A stretch of DNA of 64,000 nucleotides, from positions 62,001 to 126,000 of the IMG/VR virus record IMGVR_UViG_3300033145_003233, one strand, 5' to 3'. The translations under genes were made by a program, and so were the position numbers. The number at the start of each line of letters is the position of its first letter. The first letter of the stretch is position 1. The notes under the pieces were generated by a model. It worked only from the letters and a program-made list of their open reading frames with translations. It was not told the DNA's origin and made no database searches. Positions 19,626-29,716 of the stretch are shown here, piece by piece.

Positions 19626-20666
19626 ATGTTGGGCAATATAGATAATTCAGAGTTTATACACAAAATAGTCGCAGCAGAAAAAAACTCCAAACTAGACCTA
19701 AAACCTAGAAAAATATTATTGATCAACGAACTATGCCCAGGAGATCTTCTTATGTTAACTGCTGCCATAAGAGACTTAAAAATCTGCCACCCAGAAATAT
19801 CAGTAGAAGTAAAAACAGTTTGTCCTGCGATATGGGAAAACAATCCCGACATAACTCAATTTGAAAAAGACGATCCAGAAGTAGAAGAATTTAAAATAGG
19901 CTATCCTCTTATCCATAGCAGCAATAATGGCCAATATCATTTCATTCATGGTTTTAGAAAAGATATTGAAGATAAGCTGGGAATTACTATAACCCCAACT
20001 AAATTTAAAGGGGCAATATACTTAAGTGAAGAAGAAAAGTCGTGGCTCTCTCAAATAGAAGAGATGGGAATAAAAGATAAATTTTGGATCATGGTAGCAG
20101 GAGGGAAATATGACTACACAGCTAAATGGTGGAATCCTGATTCTTATCAACAAGTTGTGAATCACTTTAAAGGAAAAATAACTTTCGCACAATGCGGAGA
20201 AGAAGGACATTGGCATCCCCCATTGAAAAATGTGGTTAACTTGATCGGCAAAACAAATTTAAGACAATTTATAAGACTAATTTATCACTCTATTGGGGTT
20301 CTTTGTCCTGTAACTTTTGCAATGCATGCAGCGGCGGCGATTGATTGCAAATATAATTTACGAAATAGACCGTGTGTAGTTATTGCTGGAGGAAGAGAAC
20401 CTTCCCAATGGGAAAAATATCCTCATCACAGATTCCTTGAGAACAATGGCTGTTTGCCTTGTTGTGATAATGGAGGATGTTGGAAAAGTAGATGTCAAAA
20501 AGTTGGGGATGGCGACGAAAAAGATACAGAAGGAGTCTGTCTTTTTCCGATAAAAATTAAAGAAGATTTATTAATACCTAAATGTCTAGATATGATAAAA
20601 CCAACTGATGTTATACGTGCAATAGAGATGTATTATAATGGAGGTGTTTTACAATATAATGAATGA
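19626..20666 (+). CDS. Glycosyltransferase family 9 (heptosyltransferase-like)
   Basis: PGDLLMLTAAIRDLK, NNPDI, NLIGKTNLRQFIRLI. Confidence 0.8.
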   Translation: MLGNIDNSEFIHKIVAAEKNSKLDLKPRKILLINELCPGDLLMLTAAIRDLKICHPEISVEVKTVCPAIWENNPDITQFEKDDPEVEEFKIGYPLIHSSNNGQYHFIHGFRKDIEDKLGITITPTKFKGAIYLSEEEKSWLSQIEEMGIKDKFWIMVAGGKYDYTAKWWNPDSYQQVVNHFKGKITFAQCGEEGHWHPPLKNVVNLIGKTNLRQFIRLIYHSIGVLCPVTFAMHAAAAIDCKYNLRNRPCVVIAGGREPSQWEKYPHHRFLENNGCLPCCDNGGCWKSRCQKVGDGDEKDTEGVCLFPIKIKEDLLIPKCLDMIKPTDVIRAIEMYYNGGVLQYNE

Positions 20667-22581
20667 AAATTTTATTAATCAAAAAGAAATAAGAGTCCTA
20701 GGACTAAAAAGAACAGGACATCATGCTGTTATTAACTGGATTATAAAACAAACTAAAGGAACAGTATGTTTCATAAACGATGTTAAAGTAGATAGAAATC
20801 CGTTTAGAACGTCCAATGCTTATAGCTCTATAAAAGATAGAAAAAAGCAAATGAAAGGAGATTTAAGAAAAAAAGATTTGCTTATCTACAGCTATGAAGA
20901 TAAATTATGGGAAGAATGTATCACTCAATTTTATGAAGATAATAGAGAATCATATGTTGGAAAAAGCAAAGAGAAAATTGATATATTAATTGTGAGAGAT
21001 CCTTTTAATCATTTTGCTAGTAGGTTAAAAACTAATAGAAAAAAATGCCTATGGTCATGGGGGGAAGAGAATGAAGAAAATGCGAAATATTATATGGAAA
21101 AATGGAAAAATCACACAAAAAAATATCTACACTTCAAAGAATCAGAAAATGTTGTTATTATAGACTATAATAAGTGGGCACGAAACAAACCTTATCGAGA
21201 AGAATTGGCCAATAGATTAGGAATAGAATTCACCGATGATGGATTCGAAGAAATCACTAAAGCAGGTGGAGGCAGCGCATTTACAGGAAGAAAATTAGAT
21301 GGTAAAGCGTCTCAAATGGATATTCTCAATAGATGGAAAGTATTTTATGGAGATCCATATTACCTATCCCTCTTCGACAAAGAAATAATGGAGTTGTCTA
21401 AAAAGATATGGACAGAAGAAGAATTAAGATATATGTACGTTAAAATAGGATTATTCTCAAAATTTAGGACTGAATCCGAAACAGTTGAAACAAAATCTTC
21501 AAAAAATAAAGTTAAAAGCATCTTAATAGATTTGAAGAACATAACCCTATTCCTCGATAAACCTAATCATATACCAAACATCCTTCTCAATTTAGCACAT
21601 TATCTTCAAACTCAAAAAGGAACAAAAATTTATATTCACATGCTTGCTAGGTCACACTCAGCATTGAATAACTTTTTAAAAACTAAACAGTTTAAATTCG
21701 AAGAAATTGATTTAGAACTAGATGGAAATGCCCCTTCAAGCGTAAAAAGACTACAAGATGTCGATTTTTATATCGGTTTCTGCGGATTTAAACATCGGGG
21801 AAAAAGAAAATGTTTTAAACAATCTAAAAAACCATACCTAGTATACGAAGCAGGAGGTATGGATAATACTCTTTTAGTTGATCCAATAGACATTTACGGA
21901 GGAGGGCATATAGCTAAACAATTCGATTCTATATTAAAGAATTATCCATTAAAAGACACACAAGAATATTGTAACTATATGGTGAAAAATCATATTAGCA
22001 AAAGAACACAAAAAGGAAACTCGCAGATACCAGATGAGAAATTTATTTTTTTACCAGGACAAGCTCTTAGAGATACCTCTATCACCAAATGCAGCACAAT
22101 AGGTATCCTAGAATTTATAGACATTGTTTCAGCTTTCGCTAAAAAACATAATCTCTTAATAGTTTTTAAGCCACACCCAGGACTAGTACCAGGCAAACCC
22201 AGACATGGGAGAGAAGCACAATTAGATCACTGTAAAAAATATGATAATATCCGTATAATTGAGAACTCTATTTATAATATAATTGATAAAGCTCTATTCA
22301 CAGCCACAATAAATTGCGGAGTGATTGTAGATTGCTTTATGGCAAATACTCCCATTTATTGTTCTGGAGAATCATATTTTATGAGAACCAAAGCATTGCA
22401 TTATAATAATGACATTAATAAAGGATTGTTACAGATGCTAAATAAAGAATATGATTGGGAATTAATGAAAGAAAGACAACTTCAAACCATATCATGGTTA
22501 AGAGACAATTTATTAATAGAAACAGCCTCACCAGCTGAGAATTGTAAAAGAGTAGAAAGGATAGCTAATATAGTTTTTTAA
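20659..22581 (+). CDS. Fusion of sulfotransferase-like domain and capsule-synthesis-like domain
   Basis: N-terminal LGLKRTGHHAVINWI and IVRDPFNHFAS (PAPS-binding-like); C-terminal FLPGQ...FKPHP...TINCGVIVDC (KpsS-like). Confidence 0.6.
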   Translation: MNENFINQKEIRVLGLKRTGHHAVINWIIKQTKGTVCFINDVKVDRNPFRTSNAYSSIKDRKKQMKGDLRKKDLLIYSYEDKLWEECITQFYEDNRESYVGKSKEKIDILIVRDPFNHFASRLKTNRKKCLWSWGEENEENAKYYMEKWKNHTKKYLHFKESENVVIIDYNKWARNKPYREELANRLGIEFTDDGFEEITKAGGGSAFTGRKLDGKASQMDILNRWKVFYGDPYYLSLFDKEIMELSKKIWTEEELRYMYVKIGLFSKFRTESETVETKSSKNKVKSILIDLKNITLFLDKPNHIPNILLNLAHYLQTQKGTKIYIHMLARSHSALNNFLKTKQFKFEEIDLELDGNAPSSVKRLQDVDFYIGFCGFKHRGKRKCFKQSKKPYLVYEAGGMDNTLLVDPIDIYGGGHIAKQFDSILKNYPLKDTQEYCNYMVKNHISKRTQKGNSQIPDEKFIFLPGQALRDTSITKCSTIGILEFIDIVSAFAKKHNLLIVFKPHPGLVPGKPRHGREAQLDHCKKYDNIRIIENSIYNIIDKALFTATINCGVIVDCFMANTPIYCSGESYFMRTKALHYNNDINKGLLQMLNKEYDWELMKERQLQTISWLRDNLLIETASPAENCKRVERIANIVF

Positions 22582-22584
22582 ATT

Positions 22585-23193
22585 ATGGCAAAAGAAAAAT
22601 ATAAATATGAAAAAATATACCAAGGTAAGGGCATCTATAGAAGAAATAGAAAAATAGACAAAACAGGAAAAATAAGAAAAACATATGGTAGAGAAAATTG
22701 CGGCAAAAAACATCTTCAATATATAATCAATGAAATTCAACCAACTTCTATTATAGATGTGGGTTGTGGAAGTAATAAATTCTGTGCTATGTTAAAAAAA
22801 ACTAATATAAAATCAATTGGCATTGATTGCGCCTGCCCTCTTGCAGATGTTATCTCGGATGCTGATAATCTTCCTTTTCACGATAATCAATTTGATTTAT
22901 TAACGGCATTCGATGTACTAGAGCATATACCAGAAGAAGAAATAGATATAGTATTTAAGGAATTTAAAAGAGTAGCTCATCGCTTCATGTATCAAATAGC
23001 CTTAAGAAAATCTCCCTCCTCCATAGATCATGAGACATTACACCCGACAGTTAAACCTTATGACTGGTGGATAGATAAAATTACAAAAGATGATCCAAAA
23101 ATAATTAAGATAATGTATAAACGAAAAAGGTACATAGTCCCGCCAGAAGATGCAAAGAAACTTATTATTTATGGAATATTTGATAAGACATAA
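22585..23193 (+). CDS. Class I SAM-dependent methyltransferase (paralog 1)
   Basis: IIDVGCG, LPFHDNQFDLLTAFDVLEHIP. Confidence 0.85.
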   Translation: MAKEKYKYEKIYQGKGIYRRNRKIDKTGKIRKTYGRENCGKKHLQYIINEIQPTSIIDVGCGSNKFCAMLKKTNIKSIGIDCACPLADVISDADNLPFHDNQFDLLTAFDVLEHIPEEEIDIVFKEFKRVAHRFMYQIALRKSPSSIDHETLHPTVKPYDWWIDKITKDDPKIIKIMYKRKRYIVPPEDAKKLIIYGIFDKT

Positions 23194-23196
23194 CCT

Positions 23197-24117
23197 ATGC
23201 TTTATATAGACTATTCTGGAGCAGAATTCGGGAGCACTATTTCAACAGGACTGTGGCTTCCTTATATCTATAGGAATACAGGGCAAAAAGTAGGAGTATA
23301 TACAAAAATCCCTTTTCCAAAAGAATGGGTTTTGGACAAGTGGTTTGATGATTACATCCCGATGGAAACTCCTCTCCATGGGATAAATAAAGGAAGATCA
23401 ACTGAGACTCTACTAGTAGATAGACATAGAATACAAAATTTAGTTGTAAGAGATAGATTTATTCCGATTGTCCCTAACAGCGCCATACACTCAATGCCCT
23501 TACCAGATTTTAAAAGAAAAACGAAAGAGAAATATGTCGTTATCGTCCCTAATGTTTATGAACATATGTTAGAAAGAAAGGGGCAAATAACCCATGCATG
23601 GAGATGGAGGCATTCTCTAAGTTTTAAAAACTGGATGAAGATAAGTAAGCTACTAAGAAAACACAAAATCAGAATAATAGGTTTTGGATGTTCTAGTTCT
23701 TGTTCAGAAGATCATTTAAAGAGTATGAGCGATGAATACTATTTCTTCACCGCAAAATCAGTTCGTGTTAAAAATAATATTTTTGTAGAGCAATTAAAAT
23801 GGATGAAAAATGCATTATGCACTATTGCTTTCGGTGGAGCTATGCACCCCCATTTTGTATTTAAAGGACTTTCTATTATCGGATATGACAAAAAAATAGA
23901 AAGAATATATAGTTATTTAATTAAACAAGCAAAAACCGAAAGAAATGATTTACATTTTATACAAGATCCAGAAATGTATATTCATCAAAATGATTTATTA
24001 AATTTCTCTAGCAAACATCTTCACCGTTATAGAATAATGAGTCGAAAAGAATCTTTTCAAGCTAATAACTTTGTAAGAGATTTAGTAATTAAAAAGATTA
24101 AAGAAGTAATATTATAA
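23197..24117 (+). CDS. Putative glycosyltransferase (GT-B, GT9-like)
   Basis: Position within the glycan cluster; only weak GT9-like pattern. Confidence 0.4.
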   Translation: MLYIDYSGAEFGSTISTGLWLPYIYRNTGQKVGVYTKIPFPKEWVLDKWFDDYIPMETPLHGINKGRSTETLLVDRHRIQNLVVRDRFIPIVPNSAIHSMPLPDFKRKTKEKYVVIVPNVYEHMLERKGQITHAWRWRHSLSFKNWMKISKLLRKHKIRIIGFGCSSSCSEDHLKSMSDEYYFFTAKSVRVKNNIFVEQLKWMKNALCTIAFGGAMHPHFVFKGLSIIGYDKKIERIYSYLIKQAKTERNDLHFIQDPEMYIHQNDLLNFSSKHLHRYRIMSRKESFQANNFVRDLVIKKIKEVIL

Positions 24118-24759
24118 ATGGCAAAAGAAAAATACAAATACGAAAAAATATATCAGGGCAAAGGTGAATTCAAAAGAATTTATCAGCTAGATGGATCGGG
24201 AAAGAAACGAGAGATGTATGGACATAATAACCACGGTAAACAATATTTTAAGTTTATACTAAGAAAAGTTAAACCCACTTCGGTTGTAGATATAGGTTGT
24301 GGATATAATGAATTTTGTGAGATGCTGAAAGAAAAAGGAATAGAATCAGTAGGTGTTGACTTCGCCTGTCCCGGAGCCGACATAATGGCTAGTGCTGAAA
24401 ACCTTCCTTTTAGAGATGGGCAGTTTGATTTATTAACAGCATTCGATGTATTAGAGCATATACCAGAAGAAGAAATAGATACATCATTAAAAGAATTTGA
24501 GAGAATAGCTCATCGCTTTATGTATAAAATATGTTTAAGAAAAGATTTTAAAAAAATAGATGGAGAAACATTGCACCCCACAGTTAGATTCCCTGAATGG
24601 TGGATAGATAAAATTACAAAAAATGGTGGACATATAGGCCAAATAATATATTCTAATAAAAAAGGAATAATGCCAAAATGCAGGGCTAAAATATTAACCG
24701 TTTATGGATTTTTTCATGTAAAACCACCTCCTCCAAAAAGCAAATCATATTATGATTAA
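24118..24759 (+). CDS. Class I SAM-dependent methyltransferase (paralog 2)
   Basis: VVDIGCG, LPFRDGQFDLLTAFDVLEHIP; same MAKEKYKYEK start. Confidence 0.85.
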   Translation: MAKEKYKYEKIYQGKGEFKRIYQLDGSGKKREMYGHNNHGKQYFKFILRKVKPTSVVDIGCGYNEFCEMLKEKGIESVGVDFACPGADIMASAENLPFRDGQFDLLTAFDVLEHIPEEEIDTSLKEFERIAHRFMYKICLRKDFKKIDGETLHPTVRFPEWWIDKITKNGGHIGQIIYSNKKGIMPKCRAKILTVYGFFHVKPPPPKSKSYYD

Positions 24760-24770
24760 AGAAGAATAAG

Positions 24771-25322
24771 ATGGCAAAAGAAAAATATAAATATGAAAAA
24801 AGAATCAAAGAAATAAAATATTCTGACAAGGATAAAAAAAAGAACCATGGACTAAAAACAATGCCATTCATAAAAAATATTATCAAACCTTCTTCAGTTA
24901 TAGATGTTGGATGTGGGTGGAACTCGTTTTGCCATTTATTAAATGAAAAAGGGATAGAATCAGTTGGTGTTGATTTCGCTTGTCCAGGTGCAGATATTAT
25001 AGCAGATGCCGAATATCTTCCTTTTAAAGATGGGCAATTTGATTTATTAACAACATTTGATGTATTAGAGCATATACCAGAAGAAGAAATAAATATGGTG
25101 TTTCAAGAATTTAAAAGAGTAGCAAATAAATTTTTCTACCAAATATGTCTAGGAAGAGGAAAGAGACATATAACTCTTAAATCTCCCACATGGTGGCTAT
25201 TAAAAATAATAGAAAACCAAGGAGATATTGGACAAATAACATATTATGATGGGGCAAATAACATAGTCCCCAAAAATAAAGCAAGATGGATTACTGTTTA
25301 TGGTTTCTTTAATAAAAATTAA
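24771..25322 (+). CDS. Class I SAM-dependent methyltransferase (paralog 3)
   Basis: VIDVGCG, LPFKDGQFDLLTTFDVLEHIP; same MAKEKYKYEK start. Confidence 0.85.
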   Translation: MAKEKYKYEKRIKEIKYSDKDKKKNHGLKTMPFIKNIIKPSSVIDVGCGWNSFCHLLNEKGIESVGVDFACPGADIIADAEYLPFKDGQFDLLTTFDVLEHIPEEEINMVFQEFKRVANKFFYQICLGRGKRHITLKSPTWWLLKIIENQGDIGQITYYDGANNIVPKNKARWITVYGFFNKN

Positions 25323-25345
25323 TTTTCCAGATTGTCATTTTTTTC

Positions 25346-25374
25346 TTGACAAAACCTACAAAAAGTAGTATAAT
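25346..25374 (+). promoter_or_regulatory. Consensus sigma70 promoter upstream of the radical SAM gene and the MKIR array
   Basis: TTGACA-N17-TATAAT; shares AAAAGTAGTATAAT with the promoter at 4360. Confidence 0.85.
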
Positions 25375-25436
25375 AAACAATTCGAAAGTAGAGATATGGG
25401 GCAGTAGGAATGTAACCGCTTATGACAGAGGAAGTT

Positions 25437-26483
25437 ATGAAAATAATCGATAAAAAAGATAGAAAAGCTCTTTATTCACGGAATTATAATTTTGTTCTAA
25501 ATAAGAAAAATGGGCTTTTTATAAGATAGGGAAGGGCTTTAGGAGATGATCCTCAGTTCTCTCCATTTGGACCTGAAATTTTGGATTTAGAGATTTCCTC
25601 TGGTGGAGATTGTCTCGGAAATTGCCCCTTCTGTTACAAATGTAATGGTGGAGATCAACCTACTCACAATATGACTTTTATAGAGTTTAAGACAATCTTT
25701 GATAAGATGCCTAAAACTCTTACTCAGATTGCTTTTGGGATTATGAATATTAAAACTAATCCCGACTTCTTTAAAATGATGAAGTATGCTAAAAAGAATG
25801 GAGTTATTCCTAATTATACCTGTCATGGTTTGGATGTTACTCCTGAGATGGCAGAAAGAACTTCCAAACTTTGCGGAGCAGTAGCAGTTAGTCTTTTAAA
25901 TAAAAAGAAAACGTATAAGGCTATTAAGCTTTTTACTAGTTTCGGTATGAAGCAAGTTAATATTCATTATATGCTTAGTGAAGAGACTTATGATAAAGCA
26001 TTTGAGATTGTAGATGATTTGGCATCTGATTCTGACTTAAAGGATTTTAATGCTATTGTCTTTTTACAGTATAAATCAAAAGGCAGAAATCCAGATGATT
26101 TTACTTCTGTTCTGGACGTAGAAAAATATAAGAAGCTAACAGAATATTGCAAAGCAAGAAATATTCGCTATGGCTTTGACTCTTGCTCTGCTTCTATGTT
26201 TATAGATAGTTTGGAAGGACAACCTGATAAAAAGGTCACAGAGCTATTTGTAGAGCCTTGTGAGAGTGGATTGTTTAGCTCTTATATAAATTGTCATGGA
26301 AAATTCTTTGTTTGTAGTTTTGCTGAGGACGAAGATGAATGGATAAAAGGATTAGATGTTTTACATTGTGATGATTTTATGAAGGATATTTGGGACCATC
26401 CAAGACTTGTTGCTTGGAGAGAAAGATTGATAAAAAACAAAAGAGAATGTCCGATTTATGATTTATCTTTGGAGAAAGCATAA
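25437..26483 (+). CDS. Radical SAM protein with SPASM/twitch-like C-terminus; in-frame TAG at codon 31
   Basis: CLGNCPFC (CxxxCxxC), CESGLFSSYINCHG...VCSF, RECP; ATG at 25437 with GAGG SD is in frame, TAG at 25527-25529. Confidence 0.85.
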
Positions 26484-26764
26484 TGCAAGAATGGATTAAA
26501 TTTGTTTGTCAGAATTGCGAGCAGGGAGTGAAAACACCTGTAGAAAATGCGGGCAAAAAAGGAAGATGTCATCAATGCAAGACAGAATGCATTATCCCAG
26601 AAAGAGAAACAGAAGAAGAGAGAGAAGAGGCATTTATTTCTGATCTCTTTAAAGATCTTGACGAAATTGATAAACAAGCAGAAATAGAATCAAACTCTTT
26701 AGCTAAAATTTTAAAAAATCAAGAAGCAATGAGTGGATCAATGGATTTGGACGATCCAATATAA
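26483..26764 (+). CDS. Zn-ribbon hypothetical protein
   Basis: CQNC...CHQC. Confidence 0.65.
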   Translation: MQEWIKFVCQNCEQGVKTPVENAGKKGRCHQCKTECIIPERETEEEREEAFISDLFKDLDEIDKQAEIESNSLAKILKNQEAMSGSMDLDDPI

Positions 26765-26789
26765 GTTTAAAAAATTATTGGATATATAA

Positions 26790-27182
26790 ATGAAAATTAG
26801 AACAGGATTTGTTAGTAATAGTAGTGTCAGTTCTTTCACTATCTATGGATGGACAGAAAAAGATCTGTCCGAACATCTTGCAAGTTTATGTTCCTCTTTT
26901 AAAAATGTGGATGTCAGTATAGATGAGAGCTTTATAGAATCTCTTGATGAAATTTGGGAAGGTAATAAGTGGGATCTTAATTCTACATATGGCCCTGATG
27001 GAAGAATGGTTTTTGGACTTGGCACTCATGATAGTGAGGTAGATCATAGTGGATATGATTATACAGGCGAAAACTTTAAATTTCCAGAACCATCATATAA
27101 AGATCAAAAGAAATTTGACGAATTGGCTAAAAAACTAAAATTACCTCAACCCAAAATGCATCAAGCAACATGGTATGATTAA
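26790..27182 (+). CDS. MKIRxGFVSNSS-family protein 1
   Basis: Starts MKIRTGFVSNSSVSSF. Confidence 0.8.
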   Translation: MKIRTGFVSNSSVSSFTIYGWTEKDLSEHLASLCSSFKNVDVSIDESFIESLDEIWEGNKWDLNSTYGPDGRMVFGLGTHDSEVDHSGYDYTGENFKFPEPSYKDQKKFDELAKKLKLPQPKMHQATWYD

Positions 27183-27194
27183 TAGGAACTAGAT

Positions 27195-27791
27195 ATGAAA
27201 ATTAGAACAGGCTTTGTTAGTAATAGTTCAAGTGCTTCTTTTGCCATACCGTCTATTCTCCTTACAGACGAGCAAAAAGAAATGCTGCTTAGCATAGATG
27301 ATATGAAAGAAGAAAAAGCAGGATTGCAAGAAAAATTTGGAGATGATCATAATTGGGAAACCTCAAAAAATGATTATCCTGTTAATGAAGAATATCATAG
27401 AATTTATCAGAAAATGCTCGATGATAATAGATGGGACGATAGTTGGTCAATAGGAGAACATAAAGAAGATCAACTAGTCTCAGGAAGCACAATGATGGAA
27501 AATGGTAGTTTGAGAGTATTGATGGAACATATCGGAATAGATATAGAAATAGTTGAAGCCCATGAGCAACTCTCTACTCGCTTGGCAACTCATCCTGAAG
27601 CAGTAAAATATTTTATAGAACTGAATAAAAAATATAGAAAGAAATTCGAAGACCTGGACAAAAAGCAACAAGAGATACAATCAGAATTTCTTGGAGGCGC
27701 TCCTCTTGAAAGAGGCCCTTATGAAATGAGTGACAAAGAATTAGAAGAAAATGAACTACCATATTATAGAAGGGGAAAAGATGAAAATTAG
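27195..27791 (+). CDS. MKIRxGFVSNSS-family protein 2
   Basis: Starts MKIRTGFVSNSSSASF. Confidence 0.8.
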   Translation: MKIRTGFVSNSSSASFAIPSILLTDEQKEMLLSIDDMKEEKAGLQEKFGDDHNWETSKNDYPVNEEYHRIYQKMLDDNRWDDSWSIGEHKEDQLVSGSTMMENGSLRVLMEHIGIDIEIVEAHEQLSTRLATHPEAVKYFIELNKKYRKKFEDLDKKQQEIQSEFLGGAPLERGPYEMSDKELEENELPYYRRGKDEN

Positions 27792-28224
27792 AATAGGATT
27801 TGTAAGCAACAGTAGCACTAGCAGTTTTGTATTAGCTGGTTTTAATTTAGGTCAAGAGAAAGTTTTGTATGAACAGATCTATACCAGCATTACCGGCAAA
27901 ACCGAAGAATACATTACTACCAAGATGAAAGAATCAAAAGGTTATAAAGATGACTCAGACGATCCAGAATATAGAGAAGAATATGTTAGAGAATACCTAT
28001 GGAATGAAATCCAACCTGAGATTGCTATTCAGTCTGGTAGCGAATCCGGAGTTGGAGACAAAACAGTTGTTGGTAGGATGCTAGTATGGTCGGGTTCAGA
28101 TGGAGACTACTGGGACAATATAGAAGTAGATATGGACAAACTATCAAAAGAATTAGAACCCTTAAGACAAATACTTGGGACAGATTCGGAATTGAAGTTG
28201 TTTATCGGTTCTGCATGTTGTTAA
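27781..28224 (+). CDS. MKIRxGFVSNSS-family protein 3
   Basis: Starts MKIRIGFVSNSSTSSF at ATG 27781. Confidence 0.8.
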   Translation: MKIRIGFVSNSSTSSFVLAGFNLGQEKVLYEQIYTSITGKTEEYITTKMKESKGYKDDSDDPEYREEYVREYLWNEIQPEIAIQSGSESGVGDKTVVGRMLVWSGSDGDYWDNIEVDMDKLSKELEPLRQILGTDSELKLFIGSACC

Positions 28225-28234
28225 GGAATGTAAT

Positions 28235-28792
28235 ATGAAAATTAGAACAGGATTTGTGAGCAATAGTTCAACACAGAGCTTCGTGTGTCCTCTTTGCGAT
28301 GATCTCTATCTTCTTATGGACGGAGATCCAGAGACTAACACCTATGCTTTATGTATTTGTAAGAACCATCATGCTTTCTGTCAAGTTCATATTCCCTTCT
28401 CTGTAGAAGAAATTACAAAAGTAATGAAAGAAGAATTAAAAAAGAATCCGCCGGATGCCGTAATTCCTTCACATATTAAAAAAAAGATTGATAAACTTTC
28501 TCTTAGAGAATTAAAAGAATTATTTGATAGGAAGAATGAGGATAAAAAAACAGCGATGGAAATGAATGATTTTATTCATTACTTCTTCCGCAATCTTCCT
28601 ACAAAATTATGTCCCATCTGCACTTTTAAACGCATTCTGCCATGTGATGTTAAAGATTATTTCTTTATAACTGCTGAAATGGACACGGTTTTAAACAATA
28701 TACAAAAAACATTTGGAACTTATAAAAAGTTTCAAAAATTTCTTGATACAAATAGAAATCAAAATTTAGACTGGGACGAAAATGAAGATTAG
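28235..28792 (+). CDS. MKIRxGFVSNSS-family protein 4 (Cys/His Zn-binding)
   Basis: Starts MKIRTGFVSNSSTQSF; CPLC, CKNHHAFC, CPIC. Confidence 0.8.
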   Translation: MKIRTGFVSNSSTQSFVCPLCDDLYLLMDGDPETNTYALCICKNHHAFCQVHIPFSVEEITKVMKEELKKNPPDAVIPSHIKKKIDKLSLRELKELFDRKNEDKKTAMEMNDFIHYFFRNLPTKLCPICTFKRILPCDVKDYFFITAEMDTVLNNIQKTFGTYKKFQKFLDTNRNQNLDWDENED

Positions 28793-29186
28793 AAAAGGTT
28801 TTGTAAGTAATAGTAGCACTTCAAGCTTTATTGTGGGAATCCCTAAAGACTTATCAGAAGAAGAAAAAAAGATCTTCCTAATAAATAAAATGGGAGGAGA
28901 AAAAAGTATATTCTCAGAAATGTTTGAGCCAATAGCAAACCTCATTCTAGGAGGAGATATTGGAGAAGAACGTATTCTTGAATACTGGGGAGAGGATTCT
29001 CTTGAAGGATTGAAAGAGAATTGTTCCGATATGTATGATATAATAATGAAATGTAGAGAAAAAGGTCTGGAAATTCATATGGGAAGTGCTGATGACCAAA
29101 GCTCAGATAGGTCAGAAATATCATTTTGTGGAATGACTATCTATGTAGATGAAGATGATTTCTTTTTTGATAAAGAAGGAAGATAA
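28782..29186 (+). CDS. MKIRxGFVSNSS-family protein 5
   Basis: Starts MKIRKGFVSNSSTSSF. Confidence 0.8.
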   Translation: MKIRKGFVSNSSTSSFIVGIPKDLSEEEKKIFLINKMGGEKSIFSEMFEPIANLILGGDIGEERILEYWGEDSLEGLKENCSDMYDIIMKCREKGLEIHMGSADDQSSDRSEISFCGMTIYVDEDDFFFDKEGR

Positions 29187-29716
29187 TGAAAATCAGAAAT
29201 GGATTTATTTCTAATAGTTCAGCTAGTTCTTTTATCGTTCAAACGAAAAAAGATAAATTTGATATGATTATGGAGAAAGAAATAGGAACTCTTGATCAAG
29301 AACAGGTGAAACTCTTAAAAGAAAACGGTTTTGCTCCGACTACAACAAGCGATCCATTTTCTTTTTTAGAACTTAATAGAAGATCTTGGCCCGATAGTAA
29401 AGGTCAAGAAGAGGATATAGACAATGATGTTTATATGGCCCTTATGGTAGCTTGTAATCAGGATGAAATAATATATCTTTTAGTCAAAAATAATATTCCA
29501 TTTAAAGCAGCTTGTCATTATGGACAAGAGTTTATATGCTATGAAAAAGATTCAGATTATATGTTTAAAGCCAATAATTTTGGCATGGAGGCTTGTATGT
29601 ACGGGGCCGAACATGTCGAAGAAGACAGGTTCAATTCTCCCAAATTCGAGAGAATAGATGTTAAAGGATGGATGGAAAAAGAAGAACCAGTGTTGGAGAA
29701 TGAAGATGAAGATTAG
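29186..29716 (+). CDS. MKIRxGFVSNSS-family protein 6
   Basis: Starts MKIRNGFISNSSASSF. Confidence 0.8.
   Translation: MKIRNGFISNSSASSFIVQTKKDKFDMIMEKEIGTLDQEQVKLLKENGFAPTTTSDPFSFLELNRRSWPDSKGQEEDIDNDVYMALMVACNQDEIIYLLVKNNIPFKAACHYGQEFICYEKDSDYMFKANNFGMEACMYGAEHVEEDRFNSPKFERIDVKGWMEKEEPVLENEDED

Noticed and set aside
19620-19630. TAG-ATG in-frame junction as a readthrough fusion of two glycosyltransferases
   Set aside because: The same stop-start abutment occurs with TAA at 24117/24118, so it is ordinary tight packing.
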